From: Antedon mediterranea
Taxonomy: Eukaryota > Animalia > Echinodermata
Direction of reading: 5' to 3'
Assembly (NCBI RefSeq): GCF_964355755.1
Contig: NC_092673.1
Coordinates: forward strand, 30,501,648 to 30,565,647
DNA: 64,000 bases
The translations under genes and the position numbers were made by a program. The notes beneath the pieces were generated by a model that was given only the letters and a program-made list of their open reading frames with translations, searched no databases and was not told where the DNA came from. This document shows positions 26,701 to 38,802 of this stretch, piece by piece (the first letter of the stretch is position 1; the number at the start of each line of letters is the position of its first letter).

Positions 26701-29700
26701 GTGGGATAGAATAGAGCTATGGGTGGCGCCATTGTGAGCCATGGAGTAGGGCGCCCGCATCAAATTAGAAAGTCAAAATCATAGAGGGGATCTGCTAATG
26801 CTCTAGGGGGGATAGAGTAATTGACTGAGGAGTAGGGCGCCCGCATCAAATTAGAAAGTCAAAATCATAGAGGGGATCTGCTAATGCTCTAGGGGGGATA
26901 GAGTAATTGACTGAGGAGTAGGGCGCCCGCATCAAATTAGAAAGTCAAAATCATAGAGGGGATCTGCTAATGCTCTAGGGGGGATAGAGTAATTGACTGA
27001 GGAGTAGGGCACCCGCATCAAATTAGAAAGTCAAAATCATAGAGGGGATCTGCTAATACTCTAGAGGGGTAGAGTAATTGACTTCCTAGTTTGGAGGGGG
27101 CGCTGCTCCATGCTGTGAAATGGCGTCGCCCAGTTTGACCTTTTAACCCTGTACTTCCGATACTGTGTTTTGAATGCAAATTGAAGAACAGGAGATTCTT
27201 GTGTTATAAGTTCTTTGTTACATCGCACAAGGTTTTACGGAGAAACTAAACCACACTGTAGGGGTGTAACCCGCATTTTATTCAGCACACCACAACTACA
27301 AGTGTAGACCAGTTCAACTGCAGCAGATAAATTAAAGAAATATTGTTTTTTTTATAAAAGGTAGTATATGCAGCAGATAAATTAAAGAAATAAAAGTTAG
27401 TTTATGCTAACATTCCAACGATATAACAGTTTGTATAATAGAACATCTTTTAATTATTTTGTTGCAAAACAAAACCTTCAAAGATTTATTGTTCACAAAT
27501 CAGATTTTAAATAGGCAATTTCCGGGTTTAAAAAAGTTATTCCACTTCCGCTTATAAAAAGACAAATTCATCCAAAAACCAATTGGTTAGTAGCCAATTT
27601 GATTATTGTTTGCTTTGAATTATGGAACATGAAAATGGTATATTCAGAAAATTAAACACAAATAGCCTTTCAGGCGGGCAATATATCTTTAAATATGTAT
27701 TATCGCCAGATATCCAACGAACAAAACAGTTAAAAAGTTTTCCACAGAAAAAAGCAATTAAAGACGCACACATCAACGGGCTTTTGCTTGACTATTTTTT
27801 CAGGTAAATAATTTTTCCCGATCCAATTTTTGGTCAAAGTAAATTACTTTATATAACACAGGATTATCTAATCAGGGAAAACACAAATAATACTTATGTG
27901 GTTTAATAATTGTTTCTAGAGGGAAATAGGTAAATTCCAAATGTGGTTCTTTATTCAAAAATATGTATCTATTTATATTTTAAAACAAATTCTAATTTGT
28001 ATGTCATTTTTTTTATTAATGTAGAAATGTATTTCAATTGTATTATGGTAGGATAAATACGATTGAATAATACAGTATTTAAGGCCTTAATAAATATTAT
28101 TTGTGTATTTAACTAGGGTAAGATTGTAATAACTCTCTTAGAATAAAACATAAAAATTATGATTGAAAACGAAGATATGTGAGACTGAAATCCGCCAATT
28201 AAGATTTGAACTAGACATCTTCTTATTGATATGCCGAATAGACAATTGGGGTCTTTCATCGATGGTTAAAGTATAGAATTGCCCGTTAACTTACTCCAAA
28301 GTATAAGAAAATCCTATTTTACCAAATGTAATCAAATCTGTTATGACGTTCTGTTGTATTGCCTGTATTCAAATTTAATTACACCCACGAAAAACATCAA
28401 TCAAACATGTAAAATAACTAAAGCAGCATGTAAAATAATTGGCGTAGAAATTGATTATTAGGCCTATATTAAGTATGTAATAATCTTTGTGATAAAACGG
28501 ATCTTAAAGATGTATTGTCCCTTTGACTAATTCCAAAAAAATAAAAAATAAAAGATTTCGAAAAAAGGTGGGTCATTTTGAAGTATCATAATAGTTATTA
28601 ACTATCACCAAAAAATTTTCGAAAAAAAAAATAATTTACTGAAATACAGACGTTTTTTGTTTAAAAAATAACTTTGACTTCCAGTCAACGTTTTCAATCA
28701 AAACATATCCCATAATGAAACGCGCTTGTTTGGCTACTCTGTATGCATAATCATAAAACTTCCTCATGATCTGTGTGAAAATACCTTCTTAACCGTGACG
28801 AGTTGTAAACAATCCTAATTTAGCATATACATAATGCATACTCATGGTTTGAAATCTTTGTTTACTTTCGCTCGTGACGATTTTCCAGATGAAATGTAAT
28901 CAAACTAATTTACCTGTTAATTACGTAAACTTGTTGTTTTTGGCTCAAATTTTCGACTTAAAGTGAATAACTTTAATATTACTTTGATATGGCCACTTTA
29001 AATTTAGAATATTTTGACCTTCATTTTTTTGTGTTTTAAGGGACAATACATCTTTAATAAATTAGAATGGATAATTAAAGATGTGACTCATCCACTAAAT
29101 AGTATTGTAAGTTTAAATAGATCTAGTAGAATTCGGCAATGCAAAGTTAAAACCAACCGTTTTAGAGACTCTTTTTTTCCATATACTTGTCATCTACGGT
29201 ATATAATATACATTTGCAAGATAATTGGTTAACGTGTTCCGTTTTTATATTGTGTTTTAAATTGTATTGTATCTATGTTTCTAAGCTCAGGAAAACAAAT
29301 TTCATGTATATAATATTATGTGACAATAATTGAATCTTGAAACTTGAATTCAACCTAATTTACTCCGATTCTCTAATAAATAATAATTTAGGTATTTGTA
29401 TAGCGCCAGAATCAACTAAACCGAAGTAAAAATCAAAGGCGCTTATATTGGATGTTAAAAAGAGGCGTTTTAAGTTCTTTTTAAAAAATTTCAAAGAGAA
29501 GCAGCAGCGAACATAAAAGACCTTTGTCCAAAAAAATTGGTGTTAATTCTAGAAACAAGTAGTAGGTTTTGATCAGTCGAACGAAGACAAGGAAGAGGGG
29601 TGTAGGAGGGAAGAAGATCAAGGAGATAAGTAGGTTGTTTAAGGAGTAGCGCTTTAAATGTTAGTTAAAGGATCTTATATTTTATACAAGAGTCAATAGG

Positions 29701-30117
29701 TAGCCAATGGAGGTTATATATAATAGGAAATATTTGTGAGGATCTTCTAGTAAGAGTTAGAATGCGTGCAGCAGTGTTCTGGAGACGTTGAAGTCGATTC
29801 ATTAAAGATTTCGGTAGGGCCAAAAAAAAGAGAGTTGCAATAATCAAAGCGAGAAGTGACAAAGGCATTTATTAATGTAGAGGCAGGTGGCTGGTAATGA
29901 GTAAACACTTTTGCAAGAAACTGAAATGAACTCTTTTACTTTTGATTTCTAACTGTTTATAAATTATATTGTTGTAATTAGCCATAAGATAACATGTCTA
30001 TAGGCCTATTGTATTAATTACTGTATCCTACAATTACAAAGAAAGATGTAAAATAACTTACCCACACAAAGCATACGGCAAAGAAAGCACCGTCAATAAA
30101 ATAATAAATCTCAACAT
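7226..30117 (-). CDS. C3: Complement component C3 (paralog A), complete, about 36 coding exons
   Basis: Signal exon 30062-30117 (MLRFIILLTVLSLPYALCG). Motifs in order: FIQTDKPIYTP; interchain Cys (VDECQ, MGMCVA); RRRR at 18921-18932; anaphylatoxin-like exon 17962-18307 ending RSNFPETW; thioester GCGEQ 16007-16021; DGSFSAW..STWLTAY; catalytic His VVHKDM 14939-14941; VEATSYALL; GFSSTSDT; MAIVEVGLFTGF; CTAFY..CEGDVCVCAAG; C345C exons 8513-8611, 8040-8123, 7486-7642, 7226-7352 ending EGCAA*. AATAAA lies ~60 bp after the stop. Confidence 0.95.
8787..11330 (-). mobile_element. RTE-clade non-LTR retrotransposon: 5'-intact, 3'-truncated, one nonsense codon; in C3-A intron 32, sense orientation
   Basis: APE endonuclease ORF 10357-11166 (TYNVRTL, GLAETK, QVYAPT, GDFNAK) is in frame with RT ORF 8815-10242 (APGND, YRPISLL, QAGFR, GVRQGD, LRFADD) across a TAG at the conserved YWT-W-ESP. 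A frameshift follows, then homology is lost at ~8787. The 5' boundary is approximate. Confidence 0.92.
12340..12487. repeat. Hairpin MITE
   Basis: GATGGGAAGG..GGGAGCAATAGCGCCACC pairs with GGTGGCGATATTGCTCCC..CCTTCCCATC around a short spacer. Confidence 0.65.
23115..23455. mobile_element. Nested Harbinger-like MITEs of a second family (TIR AGCGTGGTTCCCACTAG)
   Basis: Inner copy 23162-23340 has TAA flanks and sits inside an older copy. Relatives at ~23670-23800, 35000-35230, 43660-43712 and 45760-45915. Confidence 0.7.
26637..27217. mobile_element. P-element-like MITE (581 bp) carrying a 4 x 86-bp tandem array
   Basis: Perfect 32-bp TIR CAAAGAACTTATAACACAAGAATCTCCTGTTC, 7-bp TSD TTACATC. Array units start at 26744, 26830, 26916 and 27002. 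Confidence 0.85.
28508..29053. mobile_element. Kolobok-like non-autonomous element (copy 2, opposite orientation to copy 1)
   Basis: TTAA-AGATGTATTGTCCC ... GGGACAATACATCT-TTAA. Confidence 0.78.
29065..29350 (+). mobile_element. LINE (CR1/L2/Rex-Babar group) extreme 3' fragment
   Basis: HPL...KTNRFRDSFFPY motif followed by a (TTGAA)-type tail. Confidence 0.55.
29375..29900 (-). mobile_element. L2-type LINE 3' fragment
   Basis: RLQRLQNTAARILT, LHWLPI..IKYKIL, and a GCGCTATACAAATACC/(TTA) tail. Confidence 0.75.
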
Positions 30118-30230
30118 AGTTGAGAATTATTAATGTCTACTTAGAAAAATAAATTCTGTATAGACAAGTTACTGGTCGACCGTCCACTTCTGTTGACCAC
30201 CAACTTGAAATGAAAAAATGTCTTAATCTA

Positions 30231-30350
30231 ACTAGGACTATATCAGGGATTTTCATAGAGGATGTAGATTGAGGTGTGTTTGTAATTGGCAGCAATATTA
30301 TTTAGTTCACCGGATATACAGATCATTCTTTTGCCAAAAAAGGCGAGGAG
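30231..30350 (-). promoter_or_regulatory. C3-A proximal promoter block (kB-like GGGATTTTCA at 30246, AGGTGTGTTTGTA at 30272)
   Basis: Lies 115-230 bp upstream of the ATG. It is conserved at ~35452-35595 and partly at 3275-3302, upstream of C3-B. Confidence 0.6.
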
Positions 30351-30371
30351 AAAGTGATCATGAGAAGACTG

Positions 30372-30958
30372 TCGGGTGATTGCATTTGGATAGCAGCAGA
30401 ACATAACGACTTGTCCAATCACAAGTGACTGTTCTAAGGATCCATCGCGCCGTGATTGGTCAATTCTTTGCGACGGCCACTATAATTGATATGTCAAAAG
30501 TTAACAATGGCCTAACCTCATAAAAGGAGTGGACAAGGCATCCGGATTGATTATCTTCTTAATTTTCATAAATTTGGGAGTGGTATTGTGGAAAAATAAG
30601 ATTTTAAGAATCTTCCTGTTCCTTTTATACTATGTATTAAAACATACAAAATCTATTTTAAAAATTACCTCTTCCTGTTCCTATTATACTATGTATTAAA
30701 ACATACAAAATGTATCTATCTCTAACAATTAAGAAGTTATTAATTCAGGATGCCCGTACACTCATATGGGCCAGGCCATTAAACTTTTGAAAAATCATGA
30801 CTTAATTTCATCAAAACTTAATTATAGTGGCCGCAAGTGATTTAACCAATCACGACGACGTGATAGATCATCAGAACAGTCACTTGTGATTGGACAACTC
30901 ACTTGCGCTATGTCTACGTCGTAAGTTGGGTTCGGTTGCGTCCAAGTGTAATCACCGA
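30372..30958. mobile_element. Foldback element upstream of C3-A
   Basis: 30372-30487 is an imperfect inverted copy of 30820-30958 (TTGTCCAATCACAAGTGACTGTTCT, CGGCCACTATAATT). It contains a ~60-bp internal duplication. Confidence 0.65.
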
Positions 30959-33643
30959 TGGTCAAGCTCGTTTATCTTAATGTTGTTGTAACAAAAGAGA
31001 GTGATCTCTTATATCCGTTGACCTAAATACAATTTCAATATATAATTTATATCATTTTTGAAAAGCAAAGATATAGTTGAATTCAGAAACTTTTCTCATT
31101 TCAAGTTTGTGGTCAATCACTGGACAATCAACAAGCAACTTGTCCAACAGAATCTGAAATGGTCCACAAATTACGTCAGTGCAGTTTGTGACAATTCTTG
31201 AATTTTGACAACGCGACACAAGTGACGGCGATCATAGTCCGCAGACCCTGTACACGCGGGCTTGGTGGGCGTGTTTGAGAAATGCCAGGCTAGGTCTTAC
31301 AGTAGGTTAGCAAAGTTCAGTAGGATGAACTAAAAACCTTTAGAAGGGCTCATTTCATTTCATTTCATTATTTATTTGGTCTATTTAAGTATATACAAAA
31401 CAAACAAAAAACTGAAATTGGGGAGACCAGGGTCAACCTAAGTGAACTTAATCACTGTAGCTGAGCCGGTTGACCCAACCCCAAAGTCAGTTTACACATA
31501 AAAGACGTAAAGACAAAATACAGTTACAGCGAATACTATTAAAAATCACACCCTACACATACTATACCAAAAATTAAAGTGTTAGGTCTATCAAAGAAAA
31601 CATAAAGGGTTAAATTCAAATAAAAAACCATGACTTTTTTTTGCTTTATATTACATTTCTTCAGATAAATAACGTTGTTTTCATCTATTTTTTTTAGTGA
31701 AATTTGTGACATATTAAACAAAAACATTTCTCAGAGGGACAATATATCTTTAAATCTAAAGGTGAATCATAATTAAGTATTTATTTACGAATACATATTG
31801 TAAGACAATTTGGCATTTTTTTGCTTTAAATTACATTTTTCAGATAAATTTTTTTTTGGATCCATTTTCTTTTGTCAAAGTGAATATCTAGTATATGTGA
31901 CATTCAAATGTCATATTCAACAAAAACATTTTTTAGGGGGACAAAATATCTTTAAATCTAAAAGTGAATCTATTTAACATTTATTCGCATCATTATGTTA
32001 ACATGAATATAAATAACAATATTAATACATAAATAATGTTCATTAACGTCAGTCCAATGTCTTTTTTAATCGCATTCCGGTATACGAACATAATTCGACT
32101 TCAAAGGCTCACTTCAATCCAGTGGCACTCTAGTCCCCGATTACACATTTTCGGACCCATTTAATTAATGATAATAATATTGTCTTAAATTGTTATATTT
32201 CATTTTTCATGTTTTTTTTCCTCCGAAAGTGACAAAACAGCATATTTAAAGTCTGATTTTCTAATTCTTCATATATTTTCATGTTTTTGGGGGACAACCG
32301 ATCTGGATACTCGTTCAATTTTATGAATTTTGTTTGTGTGATCATAAACAGTAGGAAAACCGGGGATACGTATGCGATATTTCTTTTCGTACATAAGTTG
32401 GGGATCCCTTATAAAACGCCACAAAATAAACATGAATATTCATTATTCATATCCATAAGGTATGACGCTACAATTCGGTAATGCACACGCTTTCTGTAGA
32501 GCCGTTTGTGCAGTCGAGTGATTTAGACTATGGACTTTACTTGTCGATGTATGGGGTTCGAATCCCATGAGCTAATTCTTTTACTTTATAGCGAGATAGA
32601 GATTATTTAGAGGGTTAGGCTTAGTTATATTTAGGAAGTAGTTAGGTTTATTTATATTTTGGAAGTAGTTTGGCTATTTTTCACCTGGTGCCAACTTATG
32701 TACGCGATTCGGATATAACTATACTGGCTTCACCTTATTCCGTCGGCAGTTCGACATCGCTCAGTCCTTGGATTTTGTTTTTGTACGGCTCCCCCGTGGT
32801 AATTCGTCGTTAGTCGGACGAACGTACATTTTGCACGGAAATGTTGAAATATACTGGTACACATTAACCGTGTGAAATTTGCTAAATTGGTATGAGCCTA
32901 TCTGCTAGTAACATACCTTTCACACGAAATCCTGCCATTACATCGATGACGATGGATTTGTTGCTGTTCTTGACTATGAATACAGGTTAACCGGCATACC
33001 ATGCAAAATCACCATTATAATCGAACACCGGAATTCAATAGTAGGCCTAATAAGTGTATAAGTGTTTTCAAATCCAAATTATTTGATGCATTTAGTAATA
33101 ACTAAGTATTTGCTGTGTATGTAATAATGTATCATCATATGCAGGGATCAAATGAAAACAAATTGGTCTTTAACTGTTTGGGCTACCCTAGGTAAAGTCG
33201 ATTCTCATGACTCGACAAAACATCATTCTGCGCACGCTCAGAAACACAGGTAAAACATCGTTAATCTGTAAAATGGTATGGTTTAAAAATCCAGGATACG
33301 CCACATATTACATTTGCTATTATCCACCAACCAACCAACGAAAAAACACCAAAGGCTTAAGCAAATTTAATTTCACATTAAATAAATCGGATTTATTTAT
33401 ATTAAAAAGAATTTAATATAAATAAATCGGATTTATTTATATTAAAAAGAATTTAATCATGAAATAATGAGTCTATGTTATTATAATGGTCTATATTCTA
33501 GATGAGTAAAGAAAACTGTAAATTTGGAACTCAAAAAGGCAGAACACAACTAAAATGCAAGGAAATAATACACAAGATACAAATACAGATAAAAAACGTT
33601 CCTCCATTACTACTCTAAGTAATATTTTATTTCAATATTCCAG

Positions 33644-35600
33644 ATACAAATATTTGCTTGATAACACTTCATATATCGAAGAATGGTCCAAGAAATCAGA
33701 CAGCAAATCACGTGCTAAGGAGTTACACTCTTTTAAAAGTGACATGAAATGAGGAAAAAAAGTTTATCATAAAAAAAATCTTACGCCCATAATTTCATTT
33801 CTTAAACACTTATATACTTTTGCATGAAGAAATCAAAACAATCACTGTTTACGTTACCATAATCGATTCCTTTTTGTTGACCACAGGCCCACTCGTGATA
33901 AAGATCATTTTCAGACACAAATTCTGCCTTAGATCTTCCACACTTTGGACAAGGACCTAGAAATATAACGAGATAAAATAATACCAAGAACAATAACAGA
34001 GTTTTTGCCTCCGCCAGTGTAAAAAGTGAGGCCATGAAATCGATTTTCCACAAAGCAAATTTGTTCGCAACGATCGAAAGCGTTCGCTTATACCATGGAT
34101 TAATATTCTTTAATCCATGCTTATACGCATGCGTAGAGAGGATTAGGAAGAGTTTTGACTAACGGAAAATAGGTCTAACAGATCCAGATCATCCGCTTAG
34201 TAGTTTTTACCAATTCGAATTTCACTAGCTCTTCCCTGGTTTTAAATTCTTTCTTTCTTTCTTTATTAAAAACAAACCAATTGGCAGCAAATGTGCTGAA
34301 TTGCATGGTAAGGGACAATATACATTCAAAAGACAAGTAAAGTAATAGTCGTCATTAAACAAAATTATCGCAATTAATGTAATGTAAACATAAAGTTTAA
34401 AAAATATAGTCTTATTGCAAGGATATAGTAATCGGAAAATTTAGTTACCTGCAGCACATATACAAAAATCGCCCTCACACGCTGGCCACAACTCATGTTT
34501 ATCGTCGGGGTTGTAAAATGCAGTGCAGTTTTCTGTTTTGAAAGATTACAAAATGTATTAAGACATATCAAAACTTAGTATTTAAAAATTGAAGTTATTA
34601 ACTAAATGTGTATGGGAAGTTTTGTTACCTCAGTGGGAAATAGTAATCAAAAACTGTTACGCTAGCTGAATAGATATATAAGCGCCATCGCAAATTTGTC
34701 CTCAACATTAAATTAAAGAGTTGTTAGCTCCGCAATCTTTAAATATAAAAGTACAAAATACTAGGCATTCACTTCATTAGAGTTAAAACATCAATTTGTT
34801 CAATTTACAGTTTTTAGTAAAAATATTGCAAATTGTAAAGCGTATTTCGTTTCTTATTTTTAACACTTTAAAAAAATCGATTAAAGCAGATAGAGACAGT
34901 AGGTCTACGTTATGTATGTTGTAGATAACTACAAAAGTAATGAAAAATCACGAGGTCAGACGAATGTACATAATCATGTAGCTAGGCCCGAATCAGCGAT
35001 CAGTAATAACGCAACGCAAAGGTTTTACGATCATTCGGGAAACCACCCAACGCAAGGCAAGATAACACTGGAAAGCATAGTACTCGACAAGTAGGCCGAA
35101 CGCAGGGTGAACCAGGTCAAAGTCTACGGCAACTAACGTTGACGCGCAACAAGCAGGTTTGACTTCACGCAGGCGGGGGAAAACACAATTATTGGAAGGG
35201 CATTTATGCGTCGCTAGTGGGAACCACGCCTCACTGTACAACTGCATATGTTCGAAGCTGGTAATGATAGTTTGTTGTTTTGCTTGTTTATTCTTTATAA
35301 AGATACATTACTTACCTTGATAAAATAAGTTAATTTCCTAGGTATGCTGGTGATTCACATTTTATAAATTCTGCAGTTACATCATACACAGGAACACTGC
35401 TATAAACTTGTGATTGTAGGTGGCTAAACATATTTCCAATATTCATCCCAAGGAACTAAGATATATCTTGATTTTCCAAGAGGATGTAAGAATTTTAATT
35501 AAAAGGTGTGTTTATAATTGACAGCAATGTTTATTTAACCGGAAATAAAGATCACTTTGTGAATTAATGTCGTATCGCAAAAAGGTGAAGGTAAACTTTG
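33644..35600 (-). pseudogene. Rearranged C3 remnant: promoter copy plus exon 31/32/33 homologs (-) and an inverted last-exon homolog (+)
   Basis: 34629-34736 (..ELTTL*FNVE..VTVFDYYFP, with a stop and indels); 34449-34532 (CTAFYNPDD..ACEGDFCICAAG); 33858-33956 (GPCPKCGR..WACGQQKGIDY); 33644-33752 on + (YKYLLDNTSYIEEWSKK). Confidence 0.88.
34094..34119. mobile_element. 26-bp palindromic transposon remnant (P-like footprint)
   Basis: CATGGATTAA-TATTCT-TTAATCCATG flanked by 7-bp direct repeat CTTATAC. Confidence 0.78.
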
Positions 35601-37412
35601 GCCTTGAGGCTAACCTGGTTGCCGGTTGGGTGCACAAATCGTACGTCATAGGTCTTCTTGGTGGTTCAAGGCTGTTGAATTGGATATTTCAGAAAACAAA
35701 TTATTTAACTGATAGAAACACTATTTAAAGATAAAATAGTTAACATGAATCTCATTTTCTGGAAGTCAATGTGTTTTTTGCTTTATTTGTAATGATTTAC
35801 AATGGCTTAAAAATAGTATTTTTCGTATGTAAAATTGATTGTTCTTTTTATTATTTTAAAAATGTTTTTTTTGGTGAATTTTCTATTATATCTTTTAACA
35901 TTAAAAAGGACATCTAACACAAATTTAAAAAAAAGAAAATTATTTCATGATGCTCAAGTGGGTTTATAATAAATGTTGCTGCAAAAGGTATTTCATGCTA
36001 ACAAGTTTAAACCCGGAGCTACCCTTTAAATCGCCTAAATACTGTATTGGTATCATAAATGGAACATATGTGTCGATGTTGTGGGAAGCGGCGGGATCGA
36101 AAATGCAACCGACTCTAATTCCCAGCTTCAATAAGCCAATGTTTTGTTTTAACAAATTGAACAATAAAAAGACGAGAATGGATTAAAATAAAGGCCTTAG
36201 TGTAGGTTCTATACCGAAATTTAAAAAAAGATAAATAGTTTGGCACATATCGCGTTTCATACGTATCATAATTTCGGAAAAAAATTTCCGACTGATGGAC
36301 TATCAAGAGACGTTAACTTCAGACTTGAGGCAAGTCTATAAAGGCCTTTAAGCCTAGGCCTACGCGCATTTTAAACTTGAGAAAAGCTGATCGCGGGTGT
36401 AGAGAAGTTATGATCATGGGCTAATTTGTAGGTCCAGGTTAAATTTAGTAATAAAAATACAATTCTGTTTAATCCTTTTTAATCTATTCATGGATACATT
36501 TAATCTTCTTAATCTCTGATCTTAACCGATCCCATCCATCCGGACGCGCCTGCAAAATGATTTAATAAGTCGGAGTTCTTTTGATATTCCCATGTACATT
36601 AATGCTTATATTTTAAAATCTGGATCAATGAACACGGGCCCTTCCTTCCGACGGACTTTCGCTTATTCCAAGCCCGGATGTAAAAATGCACTAAGTATTG
36701 GTTTTTGTTTTGATCTCTATCAACAAGATAAGTTTGTTGGCTGCTAAAATACATAACCTCCGGGATCATACAGTACTTCAAAGTCAAAAATGTAAAATTT
36801 AAAAAACCCACATTTTGAAGATATTAACATTTAAAAACACACACATAATTATTTATCAACATCTACCAATTTAATATTCAAAAATTTTACCAAACCACCG
36901 TCATCAAGAACCTTATTAAATCATTGAATCCATCATTATAACTTTCCAACATCCGTAATAATAAACTAATAATATCAGGTCTGATTTTACTAGGCTTATA
37001 GACGGAACCTGTGAGTTGAGGAACAAGTGAAGCAAACAACCCAAGATTAAGGGCAGGCTGGTAAGGAAGGGTGGGCGAAGGTCTCTGCTCTGGAAGCTCA
37101 ATCTTGTATAAGTTTGTAAAACGCGTGTCTGTGGGGGCGCACTTACATAAAATAATATCGAGAGAGGGCGCCAATTAAAAGCTTTATTATTGTTTGTTTT
37201 GCACGTGTTCTTTTTTTTGGTGAGTACTAAGCTAGGCCTAGTCTAGTTTGTTGTAACATAATTTGTAACTAGACTAATTAATAGACTACGTACTGTAGCT
37301 AAAATAACACATTGTTTATGTTTATTTAGGCCCGCAGATCGCATGGAGTTTAGGTACCGGCCTAGCATATCTACAAAAAAGTCTAAACTAGGGCTAGCTA
37401 GGCCCTCTAGAC

Positions 37413-38389
37413 GGATACGGATCACTCCGGCCGCGCTTCAATCCGGCCGCGATTCATTCCGGCCGCAGCTATGGAGCGCCCAATGAGTCTTTTACAACCG
37501 AGACACGTTTTTTTGTAGAGAATCAAAATAAACATTTGTAATCATACAGTATATTTTTTCTCTTTCAGGATCACAACAACATCGCAAGTGTTTTAAATTA
37601 GGTCTAATGCTAAAACAAAATAATTTATGTGTTTTATCCAATGTAATAGGCTAGTATATTAATTGTAATGTGATTAATTAATGTAATTTATTTATGTACC
37701 CTACAGTATATGTCATATTATTTTTATCATATATAAATTAAAATATAAAATCATTGTAAATTGGACTGTACAAAAATAATATATTAATTCTTGATACAAT
37801 TCCAGGTAACATTAATTAGACGGATATTTGATTATTTGAAATAAATTAATTAATATTGTAAATATTGTTATTAACTATAACGAACATCAATAATAATTGA
37901 TTATTTGAAATAAATTAATTAATATTTTACATATTGTTATTAACTATTATTAGTAAGTATGGCTACTGGCAAGATAAAGTGTTATAAAAATAAGGGTTTT
38001 AACTAATTTTTATTGTTAATAAATGTAAAGCTATAAAAATAAATGTACATAGAAAGAAATTAAATATTGTTATTCAACCATTAATTAGACGGGTATTTGA
38101 TTATTATTTTATTATTGAATTTAATTAAGTTAAGTTTAGTTTGAAAGAAAAAGCAGTTCCAACTTCTTTGAATGTTATTGTTAATGAAAAAAGTAAAATT
38201 GTTGCTAATAAATATTCAACTAGTTCCATTTAAATTCACCAAGAATTTGTTATAACACTGAACAGTATAGAAAACGTAGATATGGGCGCTCCATACTAAC
38301 GGCCCCTTTGCACAGGAAGTCGAATTGAATAGCGGCCGGAGTGCATACATCGCGCTAAACTGATACGGCGGCCGGAGTGATTGGCTACC
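37413..38389. mobile_element. Non-autonomous TIR element with GG termini and 8-bp TSD (Merlin- or MULE-like), in the putative first intron of DNTTIP2
   Basis: TSD CTCTAGAC on both sides. Inverted ends contain ATCACTCCGGCCGC and TATGGAGCGCCCA; the interior is AT-rich. Confidence 0.8.
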
Positions 38390-38802
38390 CTCTAGACTAG
38401 GGGCCGTCTAGCCTGCGTACTAGTAGTAGTAATAGTATTACTGTCTAACTAGGCCTAGCTAGCTAGAGTAGTAGGCCACCAGCCCACTCACAACACAGTG
38501 ACAGGAGGCCATGTCTAGTAGTACTACTACTAGGCTAGTCAGTAGTATAGCCTAGCTAGGTATCAAAACTAGGCGCAATGCTAATAGGTTAAAAAATTAC
38601 TTGTTATTGTTAAACAAATAATACTCAATCAATTTAATAAGTTCATCTTATTATGCAAATATGTAATAATATGTAGTAATAATACCTTTTTAAGGCCCAG
38701 GCCAGGGTATAAAGCTTAGTTAAGCCTACCGTAACTTTCTATATTATGATAACTTAAACACTAATTTTTTTCTTTTTTTTTAAGGTAAAGGAACAAAACA
38801 AA

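Noticed and set aside
26744-27083. Regular repeats that could suggest a CRISPR array (also 55365-57192)
   Set aside because: Head-to-tail units with no unique spacers, in a eukaryotic context.
35316-35345. Segment read as a C3 exon-30 homolog (RKLTYFIK)
   Set aside because: The similarity is weak, and its spacing from the promoter copy fits a degenerate exon 1 better; left unresolved.
36640-36692. CCAAGCCCGGATGTAAAAATGC resembles the 3' half of a twister ribozyme
   Set aside because: The upstream CCGGU P4 arm and the P1/UAA cleavage strand are not present; probably a chance match.
36887-37174. 95-aa ORF divergent from DNTTIP2
   Set aside because: Non-ATG start and no recognisable motifs; it overlaps the probable promoter.
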